Below are positions 37,867 through 49,668 of a DNA stretch of 64,000 nucleotides, piece after piece (the stretch's first letter is position 1; the number at the start of each line of letters is the position of its first letter). Position numbers and translations under genes: made by a program. The notes under the pieces are model-generated. The model ran no database searches. It had not been told where the DNA came from and saw nothing but the letters and a program-made list of their open reading frames with translations. The DNA is from Rhizobium sp. (GTDB lineage: Bacteria; Pseudomonadota; Alphaproteobacteria; Rhizobiales; Rhizobiaceae), in assembly GCA_036398815.1 (NCBI GenBank), contig DASWOH010000157.1, positions 7,072-71,071 of the forward strand, read 5' to 3'.

Positions 37867-38886
37867 ATGAAATACTCGTCGATCAAGAGCAAAATCTCCC
37901 GCGCCGCTATCGCTTTTGGCGTCATCGGTGTCCTCGCGCATGCGGTTCCGGCAAGCGCCGCCGATGCCATTCCGGCGCAGCCCGAAGCGGGCACGTTCAA
38001 GCTCGGTATCGAGCCCTGGCTCGGTTATGGTCAGTGGCATGTTGCTGCCGCCAAGGGCTTCTTCAAAACCGCCAAGCTGGACGACGTAGAACTGGTCAAC
38101 TTCACAGAAGACAAGGACCTCAACGCTGCCTTGGCCAGCGGCCAGCTCGACGCGGCCAATATCGCGACCCACACGGCCATGGCAATGGTTGCGGCCGGGC
38201 TCCCGGTCAAGATCGTTTCCCTCCTGGATTTCAGCCTGTCGGCTGACGCGATCATCGCCGGTAGCGACATCAAGAGCATCACCGATCTCAAGGGCAAGAA
38301 CGTCGCCTACGAAGAAGGAACGACGAGCGACATTCTCCTGAACTACGCGCTTGCCAGCCACGGCATGACCATCAACGACATCACCAAGGTGCCGATGCCG
38401 GCCGCCGACGCCGGCTCGGCGCTTATTGCCGGACGCGTTCCCGTCGCCGTGACATACGAGCCTTACATTTCGTCTGCACGCGCCCAGGACAAGAACGTTC
38501 AGATCCTGTTTGCGGCGGGTGAGGACCCGGGGCTCGTATCGGACGTCTTCGTTGTGCGCGACGATGTGCTGAAGTCCAAGCCAGGCCAGGTCCTAGCCAT
38601 GCTCAAGGCTTGGGACCTCGCTCTTGCGGATTACAAGGCGAACACGAAAGACGCTCGCGCCATTATCGCGAAGGCGGTCGGCGCCTCTCCTGAGGACCTA
38701 GTGACGGCGTTCGATGGCGTTCAGTACTATTCCACTGCTGAAGCTCAGAAGGCCTTTGCTGGCGACTTCAAGACCAAGACCTTCGTCAACGTTCTGAAGG
38801 CAGCCAAGACCGCAGGCATCCTGACGCAGGACGTCACCGTTGACCAGATGATGGACTCCTCGTTCGTGGACGCTGCGAACAAGTGA
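37867..38886 (+). CDS. NitT/TauT ABC substrate-binding protein
   Basis: Signal peptide, PWLGY, DLKGK.VA, VTYEPY. Confidence 0.9.
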   Translation: MKYSSIKSKISRAAIAFGVIGVLAHAVPASAADAIPAQPEAGTFKLGIEPWLGYGQWHVAAAKGFFKTAKLDDVELVNFTEDKDLNAALASGQLDAANIATHTAMAMVAAGLPVKIVSLLDFSLSADAIIAGSDIKSITDLKGKNVAYEEGTTSDILLNYALASHGMTINDITKVPMPAADAGSALIAGRVPVAVTYEPYISSARAQDKNVQILFAAGEDPGLVSDVFVVRDDVLKSKPGQVLAMLKAWDLALADYKANTKDARAIIAKAVGASPEDLVTAFDGVQYYSTAEAQKAFAGDFKTKTFVNVLKAAKTAGILTQDVTVDQMMDSSFVDAANK

Positions 38887-38908
38887 CGGTCTTGTGGGGA
38901 AATACCGA

Positions 38909-39769
38909 ATGTCTGCCTCCGAAGGACTGACCTCATCCAAAAAGGGATCCCGCGCGCAGTCGCGCGCGGGCGTCGGAAGACCGCCGAGCGCATTCCGCAT
39001 TGGCGATCCACTAAACGGTCGAGCCTATCTTGCGATTGCATTCTCCGTCTTCCTTATCCTGTTCCTCGTTTGGTGGGTGGCGACCGCCACGGGCTGGGTC
39101 AAGCCAATCTTTCTGCCGAGCCCAGGATCGGTCTGGGACAAGATGGTCGAACTGACGCTGAACGGAACCCTCTTAAGCGACGCGGGCATCAGCATCTATC
39201 GAATGCTCATTGGCTTCGCGATTGCCTCGGCGATGGCTATCCCGATCGGAATCATGATCGGATGCTTCAAGACCTGGGAAGCCGCCATCGAACCGTTTGT
39301 GGATTTCGTACGCTATATGCCCGTCGTCGCATTCGTGCCGTTGACGATCCTCTGGGCTGGAACAAGCGACATCCAGAAATTTGTCATTATCTTTATCGGG
39401 ACGTTCTTCCAGCAAGTCCTGATGGTGATGGACAGCGTGAAAAGGGTCCCGCCGGATTTTGTCGGGCTTGGACGAACCTTGGGCCTGTCCGAGACGAAGA
39501 TTCTTCGCCGCATTGTGCTGCCATCCTCCCTGCCCGGAATTTGGGACACGCTACGCATCAGTCTCGGCTGGGCCTGGACCTGGCTGGTTCTGGCCGAACT
39601 CGTCGCCGCGACCTCGGGACTTGGTTATCGCATCGTCGTGTCGCAGCGTTATTTCCAGACGCAGACGATCATCGGTTACATCCTGCTTCTCGGCGTGCTT
39701 GGTCTGCTGACCGACCAGAGCATGAAAGCCCTCGAGCGCGTCTTCTTCCGCTATTCGTCGAGACATTGA
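38909..39769 (+). CDS. NitT/TauT ABC permease
   Basis: FLPSP, RYMPVVAFVPL, AWTWLVLAELV. Confidence 0.92.
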   Translation: MSASEGLTSSKKGSRAQSRAGVGRPPSAFRIGDPLNGRAYLAIAFSVFLILFLVWWVATATGWVKPIFLPSPGSVWDKMVELTLNGTLLSDAGISIYRMLIGFAIASAMAIPIGIMIGCFKTWEAAIEPFVDFVRYMPVVAFVPLTILWAGTSDIQKFVIIFIGTFFQQVLMVMDSVKRVPPDFVGLGRTLGLSETKILRRIVLPSSLPGIWDTLRISLGWAWTWLVLAELVAATSGLGYRIVVSQRYFQTQTIIGYILLLGVLGLLTDQSMKALERVFFRYSSRH

Positions 39770-39770
39770 A

Positions 39771-40553
39771 ATGATCGAGCCGAAACTTAAAATCGAGTCC
39801 CTGAACAAGTGGTACGGTACCTCGAAAAACCGTATACACGCACTTAGCGACATCAATATCGAGCTTGCGGACAACGAGTTTGTGTCACTCGTGGGAGCAT
39901 CGGGCTGTGGCAAGAGCACGTTGCTGTCGATCGTAGCCGGTCTCCAGGGCTTCGATGACGGTGTCCTGCTGACCGACGACGCACCGATCGTTGGGCCCGG
40001 ATTGGACCGCGGCGTCGTATTTCAGTCCTACACGCTACTACCCTGGTTGACCGCTCTGCAAAATGTCGAGTTCGCCCTTCAGGCTGCGGGCCTCTCAAGC
40101 GCAGAATGCAAGGACGTCGCCCGCCATCACATCAACCTGGTGAAGCTCGACCGTTTTGCCGACGCCTTTCCGTCACAGCTGTCCGGCGGCATGAAGCAGC
40201 GTGTCGCGATCGCGCGCGCCCTTTCATACCGGCCAAAAATGCTGTTGATGGATGAGCCGTTCGGGGCACTGGACGCTCTGACGCGCCACCAGATGCAGGA
40301 GTTGCTGACCCAGATATGGGAAGAGCATCGGCTCACCGTCCTGTTTGTTACCCACGATGTGGAAGAGGCCGTCTATCTGTCGGACCGCATCATCGCGATG
40401 AGCATCAATCCGGGCCGGATAAACACGACTTTCCATGTCGGCCTGGGGCGGCCCCGCAATCAGGACATGATTGCCACGTCGGAGTTCATCGCTTTGCAGA
40501 AAGATGTGCTGGCGGCTATACGGTCGGGTTCGCAAGCCGCCGACGATCATTGA
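39771..40553 (+). CDS. NitT/TauT ABC ATPase
   Basis: GASGCGKST, LSGGMKQR, DEPFGALD. Confidence 0.93.
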   Translation: MIEPKLKIESLNKWYGTSKNRIHALSDINIELADNEFVSLVGASGCGKSTLLSIVAGLQGFDDGVLLTDDAPIVGPGLDRGVVFQSYTLLPWLTALQNVEFALQAAGLSSAECKDVARHHINLVKLDRFADAFPSQLSGGMKQRVAIARALSYRPKMLLMDEPFGALDALTRHQMQELLTQIWEEHRLTVLFVTHDVEEAVYLSDRIIAMSINPGRINTTFHVGLGRPRNQDMIATSEFIALQKDVLAAIRSGSQAADDH

Positions 40554-40764
40554 TCAAATCCGTCGGCATACATTGAGAATATGCCGACGGAAGGCGGTTT
40601 TTGGATGCTTTGCAGCTCCCCGTCACTTTCTGAATTTTTCGATGAGGTTGCACATGATCCGTCCGACGTCATTGTCTTCGCCCGACCCAGGTAAGCTCCG
40701 ATCCACGCGACCGAACTTGCGGAGAAGACCATACTGCACCCTTCTGCGATGATATTGGCCGTAC

Positions 40765-40878
40765 AAGTGGAAACCTGAAATAGAGCCAGACTGCATGGGC
40801 GATCATCGACGGCGGAAAACGATGGTTCTTATAGCTGATGGTCGGCGTGGTCATGCCGATCACTTATGCCTGCAATCC
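40765..40878 (-). mobile_element. IS6-family remnant (left end plus first ~30 transposase codons)
   Basis: MTTPTISYKNHRFPPSMIAHAVWLYFRFPL is an IS6 transposase N-terminus, then truncated. Confidence 0.8.
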
Positions 40879-41179
40879 TCACGCCCACGACGACATGGCA
40901 TCACCGGCATCGCGCAATGCCCCCTGATCGCCGAGCAAGACAATTGCTTATCATGCTTATCGGCATCGAAGCCCTAGCCGCTTCACAGCCGGATATGCCC
41001 GAGCGGATTCCTCAACGCAGAGCCGGGATTGAAACGCCAAAGATTTGGGTCACCAGTGTCGCAAAGGAAAAACCGGTGCGGCAGCCGAATGCACATTTTT
41101 TGATCCACTCGATTGCTTGACACTTTTTTGGCCGGCCCATAGACTTTTGACCAAACGATCAAAAACGTGGGAACAGACA

Positions 41180-42166
41180 ATGACACATGACATCATGCTA
41201 TCGCGTCGCGCGGTGATCGCGTCGGGCATTGCGCTTGGCGTGAGCGCTCTTGCGCCTGGCGCACGCGCTGCTGCACCGTTGAAAGTGGCCGGCATTCATG
41301 CCTCGCCGGTGGAAAACGCGTGGAACTCCTGTCTGCACAAGGCACTTCAGGACGCGGCCAAGGAAGGCGTGATCGAGTATGTGTTCTCCGAGGGCGTATC
41401 GGGCACCGACTATCCCCGTGCCATGCGCGAATATGCCGAACAGGGCAACAAGCTGATCATCGGCGAAGCCTATGCGGTGGAAAAAGAAGCGCGCCAGGTG
41501 GCCGCCGACTATCCGGACACGGCCTTCGTGCTCGGCTCCAGCGGCGAGGCCGCCGGCGGCAATTTCGGTGTGTTCGGCACCTGGAATCATGACGGCGCCT
41601 ATCTCGCCGGGATGCTCGCCGGCAAGATGACCAAATCGAACGTCGTCGGCTCGGTCGGCGCGATCCCGATCCCGGAAGTCAACATGCTGATCAACGCGTT
41701 TGCCGCAGGCGTCAAGGCAGTCAATCCCGACTGCAAGCATCTCATCTCCTTCATCGGCACCTTCTTCGATCCGCCGAAGGCGCGCGAGGCGGGCCTGGCG
41801 CAGATCGATGCCGGTGCCGACATTCTGTTCGGCGAGCGCATCGGTACAGCGGATGCCGCCAAGGAACGTGGCATCAAGTCGGTCGGCTCGCTCATCGACT
41901 ATACGCCGCGCTATCCGGACACAGTGTTTGCCAATGCCATGTGGTATTTCCGTCCCATCCTCAATGCGGCCATCGCCGACGTCGCCGCCGGCAAGCCGGT
42001 CGGCCGCAATTACACGGCCTATGGCCTGATGAAGGATGGCGGCAGCGACATCGTTTATGTGAAGGGCGTGGCGCCGGCGGACGCCGAAGCGGCGATGGAA
42101 AAGGTCCGCTTGGATATCAAGGCCGGCACCTTCGAGGTTCCCAAGGTGATGGACCAGCCGAAATAA
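41180..42166 (+). CDS. BMP-family ABC substrate-binding protein with Tat signal
   Basis: SRRAVI twin-arginine motif, GAYLAGMLAGKMTKSN, GTFFDPPKA, GADI. Confidence 0.9.
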   Translation: MTHDIMLSRRAVIASGIALGVSALAPGARAAAPLKVAGIHASPVENAWNSCLHKALQDAAKEGVIEYVFSEGVSGTDYPRAMREYAEQGNKLIIGEAYAVEKEARQVAADYPDTAFVLGSSGEAAGGNFGVFGTWNHDGAYLAGMLAGKMTKSNVVGSVGAIPIPEVNMLINAFAAGVKAVNPDCKHLISFIGTFFDPPKAREAGLAQIDAGADILFGERIGTADAAKERGIKSVGSLIDYTPRYPDTVFANAMWYFRPILNAAIADVAAGKPVGRNYTAYGLMKDGGSDIVYVKGVAPADAEAAMEKVRLDIKAGTFEVPKVMDQPK

Positions 42167-42178
42167 CCCGGCCCAGCC

Positions 42179-43599
42179 ATGCCCAGTCCCCTATCCGCCG
42201 ATGCCACCGACCTGGCCGGCGCCATCAAGGCCGGAAAGCTCGCCTGCATGGACGCCATGCAGGCTGCCCTTTCCGTTCACGAGCAGCAGGCCGCTCTTGG
42301 CGCCATAGCTCATCTTGACGCCGGGATGGGCCTTGCCTCTGCTGAGGCGATGGATCGGGAACGATCGCAGCATCCGAGCCGTTTTGCCGCGCGGCCTTTC
42401 GTCGGCGTACCGACGCTTGCCAAAGATCTCGGCGGCCCCTTCGAGGGACTGCCGGTGACGGCGGGCTCGCGTTTGTTCAAGCGCGCGGGCGGCCAGGCCG
42501 ATAGCGATCTTGCAAGACGCTTTCGCGATGCGGGCTTTTGCCTGTTCGGGCTGACCACCAGCCCGGAGTTCGGCTTCTCACTGGCATCCGAGCCTGCCAT
42601 CGGCCCGATCTGCCGCAATCCGCTGGACCCTTCCCGCACCGCCGGCGGTTCGTCGGGCGGGGCGGCGGCTGCCGTGGCGGCAGGTATCGTTCCGCTTGCC
42701 CACGCCACGGATGCCGGCGGTTCGATCCGTGTGCCGGCCGCATGCTGCGGCCTTGTCGGCCTGAAACCGACGCGGGGAGCGATGCCGGCCGGCCCCTCCT
42801 TTGGCAACCATCTCGGCGGCATTGCCAGCGAGTTTGCCGTGACGCGCTCGGTGCGCGATGCCACTCGCCTCCTTGAGTCCCTCAGCGGCGAAACCAAGGG
42901 ACCGTTTGCGGATATCGAGTGGGTCGCAGCGCAAGCGGGACCGCTGCGGATCGGCTTGCTTGCCGACACAGGCGTACGCTATCTCACCGCACCCGAACGG
43001 CTGCAGGCCGTCGAAGCGGCGGCGCGCCTTCTCGAAACACAAGGGCACCGGATCGTCCCGCTCGCCTGGAGCGATGTCGAACAGCCGGTCGCCGCCAGCG
43101 GGCGCGCCTTTGGCGATATCATCTCCGTCAACATCGCAGCCCTGGTGGACGGGCTCGACCTTGACATGCAGTCTGCCGAGACACTGACACGGGCTTTCAT
43201 CCTGCGCGGACGCGCCATGTCGGCAACAGCACTCTGGGATGCGCTCAACGGTGCGGTGCAGGCGAGCCGCAGCCTGTGGACCCTCTTCGACAAGGTCGAT
43301 GTCCTCCTGATGCCGATGCTTGCCTCGCCGCCGCCGCCGATCGGGTCCTTTCCCACCGATCATTCCGACACGGATCTGCATCTCGACCGTATGACGGCCT
43401 TCGCGCCGCTCGCCTCGCTTGCCAATATCTCCGGCTTTCCCGCCTTGACGCTGCCCTTCGGCGCCGATGCCGATGGCCTGCCCTTGCCGGTCCAGATCAT
43501 GGCGCCGATGGGCGAAGACGCCCTGCTGCTGTCTCTCGCCACCCGGCTCGAAGCTGACGGGGGCTGGCAGCATCGTTACCCGATCGCGGGGCTGCCGGC

Positions 43600-43603
<4 letters not shown>
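42179..43603 (+). CDS. Amidase-signature family protein
   Basis: KD, GGSSGG, TDAGGSIRVPA, GLKPTRG. Confidence 0.93.
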
Positions 43604-45115
<1,512 letters not shown>

Positions 45116-45126
<11 letters not shown>

Positions 45127-46165
45127 ACGTCGCGAACATCGCCCGCTCTACCTGATGATCCTGACACCTTTGCTCGCTGTCGTCGCTGCGCTGGCGCTGG
45201 CCGGCATATTGATCGCGATTGCCGGCGCACCCGTTCTCGATGCCTATCGGCGGATCCTGATCGGCGCCTTCGGATCGCGACTTTCGGCGACCGAGACGCT
45301 GACACGCGCCACGCCGTTGATGCTGACGGGACTTGCGGCGGCCGTCGCCTTCCGCGCCCGGCTCTGGAACATCGGTGCCGAGGGGCAGTTCTATCTCGGC
45401 GCGATTGCCGTCGCCGCCTTCGGCTCGAACATGCTCGCTGGATTGCCGGCCCCGATCCTGATCCCGCTGCTGCTCGTCATTGGCGCCGTCGCCGGAATGG
45501 TGCTGATCCTGATCCCGCTCTGGCTCAGGCTACGCTTTTCCGTCGATGAGGTAGTGACCAGCCTGATCCTCAATTTCATCGCCGTGCTCTTCGTCTCCAT
45601 GCTGATCGACGGCGTGCTCAAGGATCCAATGGCCTTCGGCTGGCCGCAGTCTCAGGCGGTCGTCGATCACGCCATGCTGCCGAAGCTGATCGCCCGCTCG
45701 CGGCTGCATATCGGCTTTGTGATCGCCATTGCCCTGGCTATTGTCGTCTATTTCATCCAGTCGCGCACCGTATTCGGCATGCGGTCGCGCGCCGCTGGCC
45801 TTAACCCCACTGGCGCGACCTTTGCCGGCGTTCGGCTCGGCAGCACGCTCGTCAAGGTGGCCTGCCTTTCGGGCGGGCTTGCCGGCCTTGCCGGCGCGGT
45901 CGAGGTGATGGGGGTCAAGGGCTATGTGACTACCGACCTGTCGCCCGGCTTCGGCTATGCCGGCATCGTCGTTGCCATGCTCGCCAATCTCAACCCGCTC
46001 GGTGTGGTACTCGCCGCCATCTTCACGGCGACCATGTTCGTCGGTGCCGATGGCATGAGCCGCAGCCTCGGCATCCCGACCTACATCGCCGATGTCACTG
46101 TGGCCCTGTCGTTGCTCACCATGCTGATCGCGGTGTTCTTCACGCAATACAGGATTCGCCGATGA
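45116..46165 (+). CDS. Nucleoside-type ABC permease
   Basis: WNIGAEGQ, DEVVTSL.LN, GFGYAGIVVAML. Confidence 0.92.
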
Positions 46166-47103
46166 GCGCGCTGTTCGACATCATCGCCTCCGCCGGGCTC
46201 TGGGCCGCCGTGCTGCGCATCGCAACACCGCTGATCTTCGGCACGCTGGGAGCCCTGCTTTGCGAGCGCGCAGGCGTGCTCAATCTCGGCATCGAAGGCA
46301 TCATGACCTTCGGCGCGATGGCGGGCTGGCTGTCGGTCTATCATGGCGCGGATCTCTGGACCGGCCTTCTGGTCGCGGCGATTGCCGGCGGCATCTTCGG
46401 CCTGCTGCATTCGGCACTGACGGTGACGCTCGGCCTGTCGCAGCATGTCTCGGGGCTCGGCGTGACGCTGTTCGCCTCGAGTTTCAGCTATTATATCTTC
46501 CGGCTGGTCGTACCCGTGGCCGGAACGCCGCCGACCATCGTGCCGTTCCAGCCAATCAGCGTTCCCGGTCTCTCGACCTTGCCCTTTGTTGGCCCGGCCC
46601 TCTTCACGCAAACCACGCCGACCTATCTGGCAATCGCGGTTGCACTGCTCATGGCCTATATCGTCTTTCGCACGCCCGTCGGGCTTGCAATCCGCATGAC
46701 TGGCGAGAACCCGCATGCGGCCGAGGCGCAGGGCATCAACCCGATGAAAGTGCGCTACGGCGCCGTGATTGCCGGCAGCGCGCTGATGGGCATGGGCGGT
46801 GCCTTCCTGACGCTATCCGCCTTCAACAGCTTCTTCCCGACCATGGTGCAGGGACGTGGCTGGATCTGCATCGCGCTTGTCGTCTTTTCGTCCTGGCGGC
46901 CGGGCCGAGCCCTATTCGGCGCGCTGCTGTTCGCCTTCTTCGACGCCTTCCAGCTTCGCCTGCAGACAGCGGTACAAGGTATGCCCTACCAGCTCTTCCT
47001 GATGACGCCCTATATCCTGTCCATCGTCGCGCTGGCCGTGATGAGCCGCCGCGCCCGCGTGCCGCAAGCGCTGATGCAGCCCTATCGGCGCGGCGAGAGA
47101 TAA
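46162..47103 (+). CDS. Nucleoside-type ABC permease
   Basis: ERAGVLNLGIEG, GENP.AA, GRGWICIALV. Confidence 0.92.
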   Translation: MSALFDIIASAGLWAAVLRIATPLIFGTLGALLCERAGVLNLGIEGIMTFGAMAGWLSVYHGADLWTGLLVAAIAGGIFGLLHSALTVTLGLSQHVSGLGVTLFASSFSYYIFRLVVPVAGTPPTIVPFQPISVPGLSTLPFVGPALFTQTTPTYLAIAVALLMAYIVFRTPVGLAIRMTGENPHAAEAQGINPMKVRYGAVIAGSALMGMGGAFLTLSAFNSFFPTMVQGRGWICIALVVFSSWRPGRALFGALLFAFFDAFQLRLQTAVQGMPYQLFLMTPYILSIVALAVMSRRARVPQALMQPYRRGER

Positions 47104-47310
47104 TCCGGGCTTGCACCTGTGACGAACGCCGCTCGATCCAATCGCGCACGATCTGCGCCGTCATGCTGCCGGGTCGAACCGCAACGAGGGAGAACAGCGG
47201 AGGGCCTGCTCGCAACGCGCGCCGGCCTCCGCCAATTTATACAATCAGAATTTTCGCGCGATCGCATTTAGAAATTCTCGATTGCAGAAAGTTGGCTCCA
47301 TTTTACGTGG

Positions 47311-47328
47311 TTGTCATCTGGTTTTTAT
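47311..47328 (+). promoter_or_regulatory. Candidate Pho box
   Basis: TTGTCAT-CTGG-TTTTTAT, a degenerate CTGTCAT-N4-CTGTCAT, ~45 nt upstream of the phosphatase. Confidence 0.45.
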
Positions 47329-47370
47329 AAGGGGGAGGGGTAAGTAACCAAGACGCGGGGGTATTGATAA

Positions 47371-49125
47371 ATGCGTAAGCTTCTTCTCTCCATGGTGGCG
47401 GCAACCGTACTGTCCGGTGCGGCCAATGCGGCAATGATCTATCCGTTGGACCGGGCAACGGTACTGGTCGGCTCACCGTTCGATTTCAAGGTCGAATTCA
47501 GCAAGGTGGTAAAGCCGGAAGACGTGAAGGTCACTGTCAACGGCGAGAGCTACGACGCCGTTTTCGGCAAGGCTGCCGATTTCGTCGCCGAGGAAAAGGG
47601 CGCCGAAGACAAGGTTCTCGGATCGGCTCTGATCCTGCGCGACGTCAAGCTCGTAAAGCCCGGCCAGTACAAGGTAGAGGTGTCGGCCGGCGACGAGACG
47701 AAGTCGGTCAATTGGGATGTCTACGCCACGTCGGCAGCGCCCAAGGCCAAGAACATTATCTTCCTGCTCGGCGACGGCCTTTCCGTCGCGCACCGTACCG
47801 GCGCCCGCATCATGTCCAAGGGCATGACGGAAGGCAAGGCCAATGGCCGCCTCGCCATGGACGACATTCCGCCGGTCGCCTTCATCGGCACGTCCTCGAC
47901 ATCGGCCATCGCGACCGACAGCGCCAATACCATGTCGGCCTATATGACCGGCCACAAGTCCGCCGTGAACGCGCTCGGCGTCTATGCCGACCGCACGCCG
48001 GCGAGCATGGACGATCCCAAGGTCGAAACGATCGGCGAGGCCCTGCGCCGCACCGGCAAGAAGTCGCTCGGCATCGTGAGCACGGCCGAGCTCGAGGATG
48101 CGACGCCGGCAGCGCTGGTTTCCCATACGCGCAAGCGCTCGGACAAGGCTGAGATCGTCGGCATGATGTACGACGTCAAGCCGGACGTATTGCTCGGTGG
48201 CGGTTCGGCCTATTTCCTGGCGAAGAGCGTACCCGGCTCGAAGCGCAAGGACGACAAGGACTACATCGCGCTCTTCAAGGACGCCGGCTATGCCGTCGCC
48301 ACCGACAAGAAAGAACTGGCTGCCGCGGCAGGCTCGAACCAGGACAAGCTGCTCGGCCTGTTCCACACCGGGAACCTCGACGTCACGCTCGATCGCGAAT
48401 TCCTCAAGAAGGGCACGGTCGACAAGTTCCCGAACCAGCCGGGCCTGGTCGAGATGACCAACGCGGCGCTCGACAAGCTCGCCAAGAACCCGGAAGGCTT
48501 CTTCCTGGTGGTCGAGGGCGCATCCATCGACAAGATGAGCCATCCTCTGGATTGGGATCGTGCTTTGGTCGAAACCATCGAATTCGACAAGGCCGTTGCC
48601 GCTGCCCGCGAATTCCGGGCCAAGAACCCGGACACGCTGATCGTCGTCACTGGCGACCATACCCATGGCGTCTCGATCATCGGCACCGTCGACGATGACA
48701 AGCCGGGCACGGAAATGCGCGACAAGGTCGGCACCTATGCCGCCGCCGGCTTCCCGAACTACGAGGACAAGGATGGCGACGGCTATCCGGACCGCGTCGA
48801 CGTTTCCCGCCGCCTGTTCATCGCCGCCAACAACGGCCCCGACCACTACGAGACCTTCCGTCCGAAGCTCGACGGTCCTTTCGTTCCGGCGATCCAGAAC
48901 GAGAAGAAGGAATATGTTGCCAACGAAGCTTACAAGGACGTGCCCGGCGCCGTCTTCGTGCAGGGCAACATTCCGAAGGACGAGGACAGCGGCGTACATG
49001 CCGTGGACGATATCGTGCTGCAGGCTGCCGGCCCGGGTGCGGAAGGCTTCCGCGGCTATATGGAACAGAGCGACGTCTATCGTGTGCTGGCCGACGCCTT
49101 CGCTCTCGGCTCCGAAAAGATGTAA
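47371..49125 (+). CDS. phoA: Alkaline phosphatase (PhoA family) with extra N-terminal domain
   Basis: GDG, TDSA, DATPA, EGASIDKMSH, GDHTH, GVH metal and catalytic motifs; Sec signal peptide. Confidence 0.9.
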   Translation: MRKLLLSMVAATVLSGAANAAMIYPLDRATVLVGSPFDFKVEFSKVVKPEDVKVTVNGESYDAVFGKAADFVAEEKGAEDKVLGSALILRDVKLVKPGQYKVEVSAGDETKSVNWDVYATSAAPKAKNIIFLLGDGLSVAHRTGARIMSKGMTEGKANGRLAMDDIPPVAFIGTSSTSAIATDSANTMSAYMTGHKSAVNALGVYADRTPASMDDPKVETIGEALRRTGKKSLGIVSTAELEDATPAALVSHTRKRSDKAEIVGMMYDVKPDVLLGGGSAYFLAKSVPGSKRKDDKDYIALFKDAGYAVATDKKELAAAAGSNQDKLLGLFHTGNLDVTLDREFLKKGTVDKFPNQPGLVEMTNAALDKLAKNPEGFFLVVEGASIDKMSHPLDWDRALVETIEFDKAVAAAREFRAKNPDTLIVVTGDHTHGVSIIGTVDDDKPGTEMRDKVGTYAAAGFPNYEDKDGDGYPDRVDVSRRLFIAANNGPDHYETFRPKLDGPFVPAIQNEKKEYVANEAYKDVPGAVFVQGNIPKDEDSGVHAVDDIVLQAAGPGAEGFRGYMEQSDVYRVLADAFALGSEKM

Positions 49126-49148
49126 AGTCTGCTCATAGCCGTGAATTC

Positions 49149-49176
49149 GGACAGGCGGCTTTTCGGTCGCCTGTCC
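49149..49176 (+). terminator. Intra-operon stem-loop after the phosphatase gene
   Basis: GGACAGGCGGC-TTTTCG-GTCGCCTGTCC hairpin, weak U tract. Confidence 0.6.
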
Positions 49177-49199
49177 TTCCATCTTTCATGGGGGTTCTC

Positions 49200-49664
49200 A
49201 TGTCTCAGAAGAAGACCGTCGCCATCAGCCGTCGGACGCTGTTGACCGCCGCTGCCATGCTGCCCATGATGGGCGTTGCCATGCGCGCAAACGCTGCCGA
49301 AAAGCTCGGCTTCGGCGAGCTCTACAAGAGTTTCGGCCCGCTCGGTCTCGAATTTTCCGACAAGGTGAAGCAGTTGAGCGGCAAGGATGTCGCCATCAAC
49401 GGCTTCATGGCGCCGCCGCTGAAGGCGGAAGCCGCCTTCTTCGTTCTGACGGAAATCCCGATGTCGCTCTGCCCGTTCTGCTCCTCCGATGCCGACTGGC
49501 CGGACAATATCATGGTCGTCTATCTCTCGGGCAAGCAGACCTTCGTGCAGTACAATGCTCCAATCATGGCGCGGGGCGTGCTGGAGTTCGGCTCGTGGAC
49601 AGATCCAGAAACCGGTTTCATCAGCCAATTGCGTCTCAGGGATGCGTCTTTCAGGACTGTCTGA
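49200..49664 (+). CDS. Tat-exported DUF3299-like protein with CxxC
   Basis: SRRTLL signal, GKDVAINGFMAPP, FVLT, CPFC, G.LE.G. Confidence 0.72.
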   Translation: MSQKKTVAISRRTLLTAAAMLPMMGVAMRANAAEKLGFGELYKSFGPLGLEFSDKVKQLSGKDVAINGFMAPPLKAEAAFFVLTEIPMSLCPFCSSDADWPDNIMVVYLSGKQTFVQYNAPIMARGVLEFGSWTDPETGFISQLRLRDASFRTV

Positions 49665-49668
49665 TCAT

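Noticed and set aside
40880-41150. Possible third IS non-coding end or small ORF upstream of the BMP gene
   Set aside because: Only a short GCCGGATATG resemblance, with no IR or colinear scaffold.
47473-49182. 569-aa minus-strand ORF
   Set aside because: Antisense shadow of phoA caused by high GC3 codon bias; no motifs.
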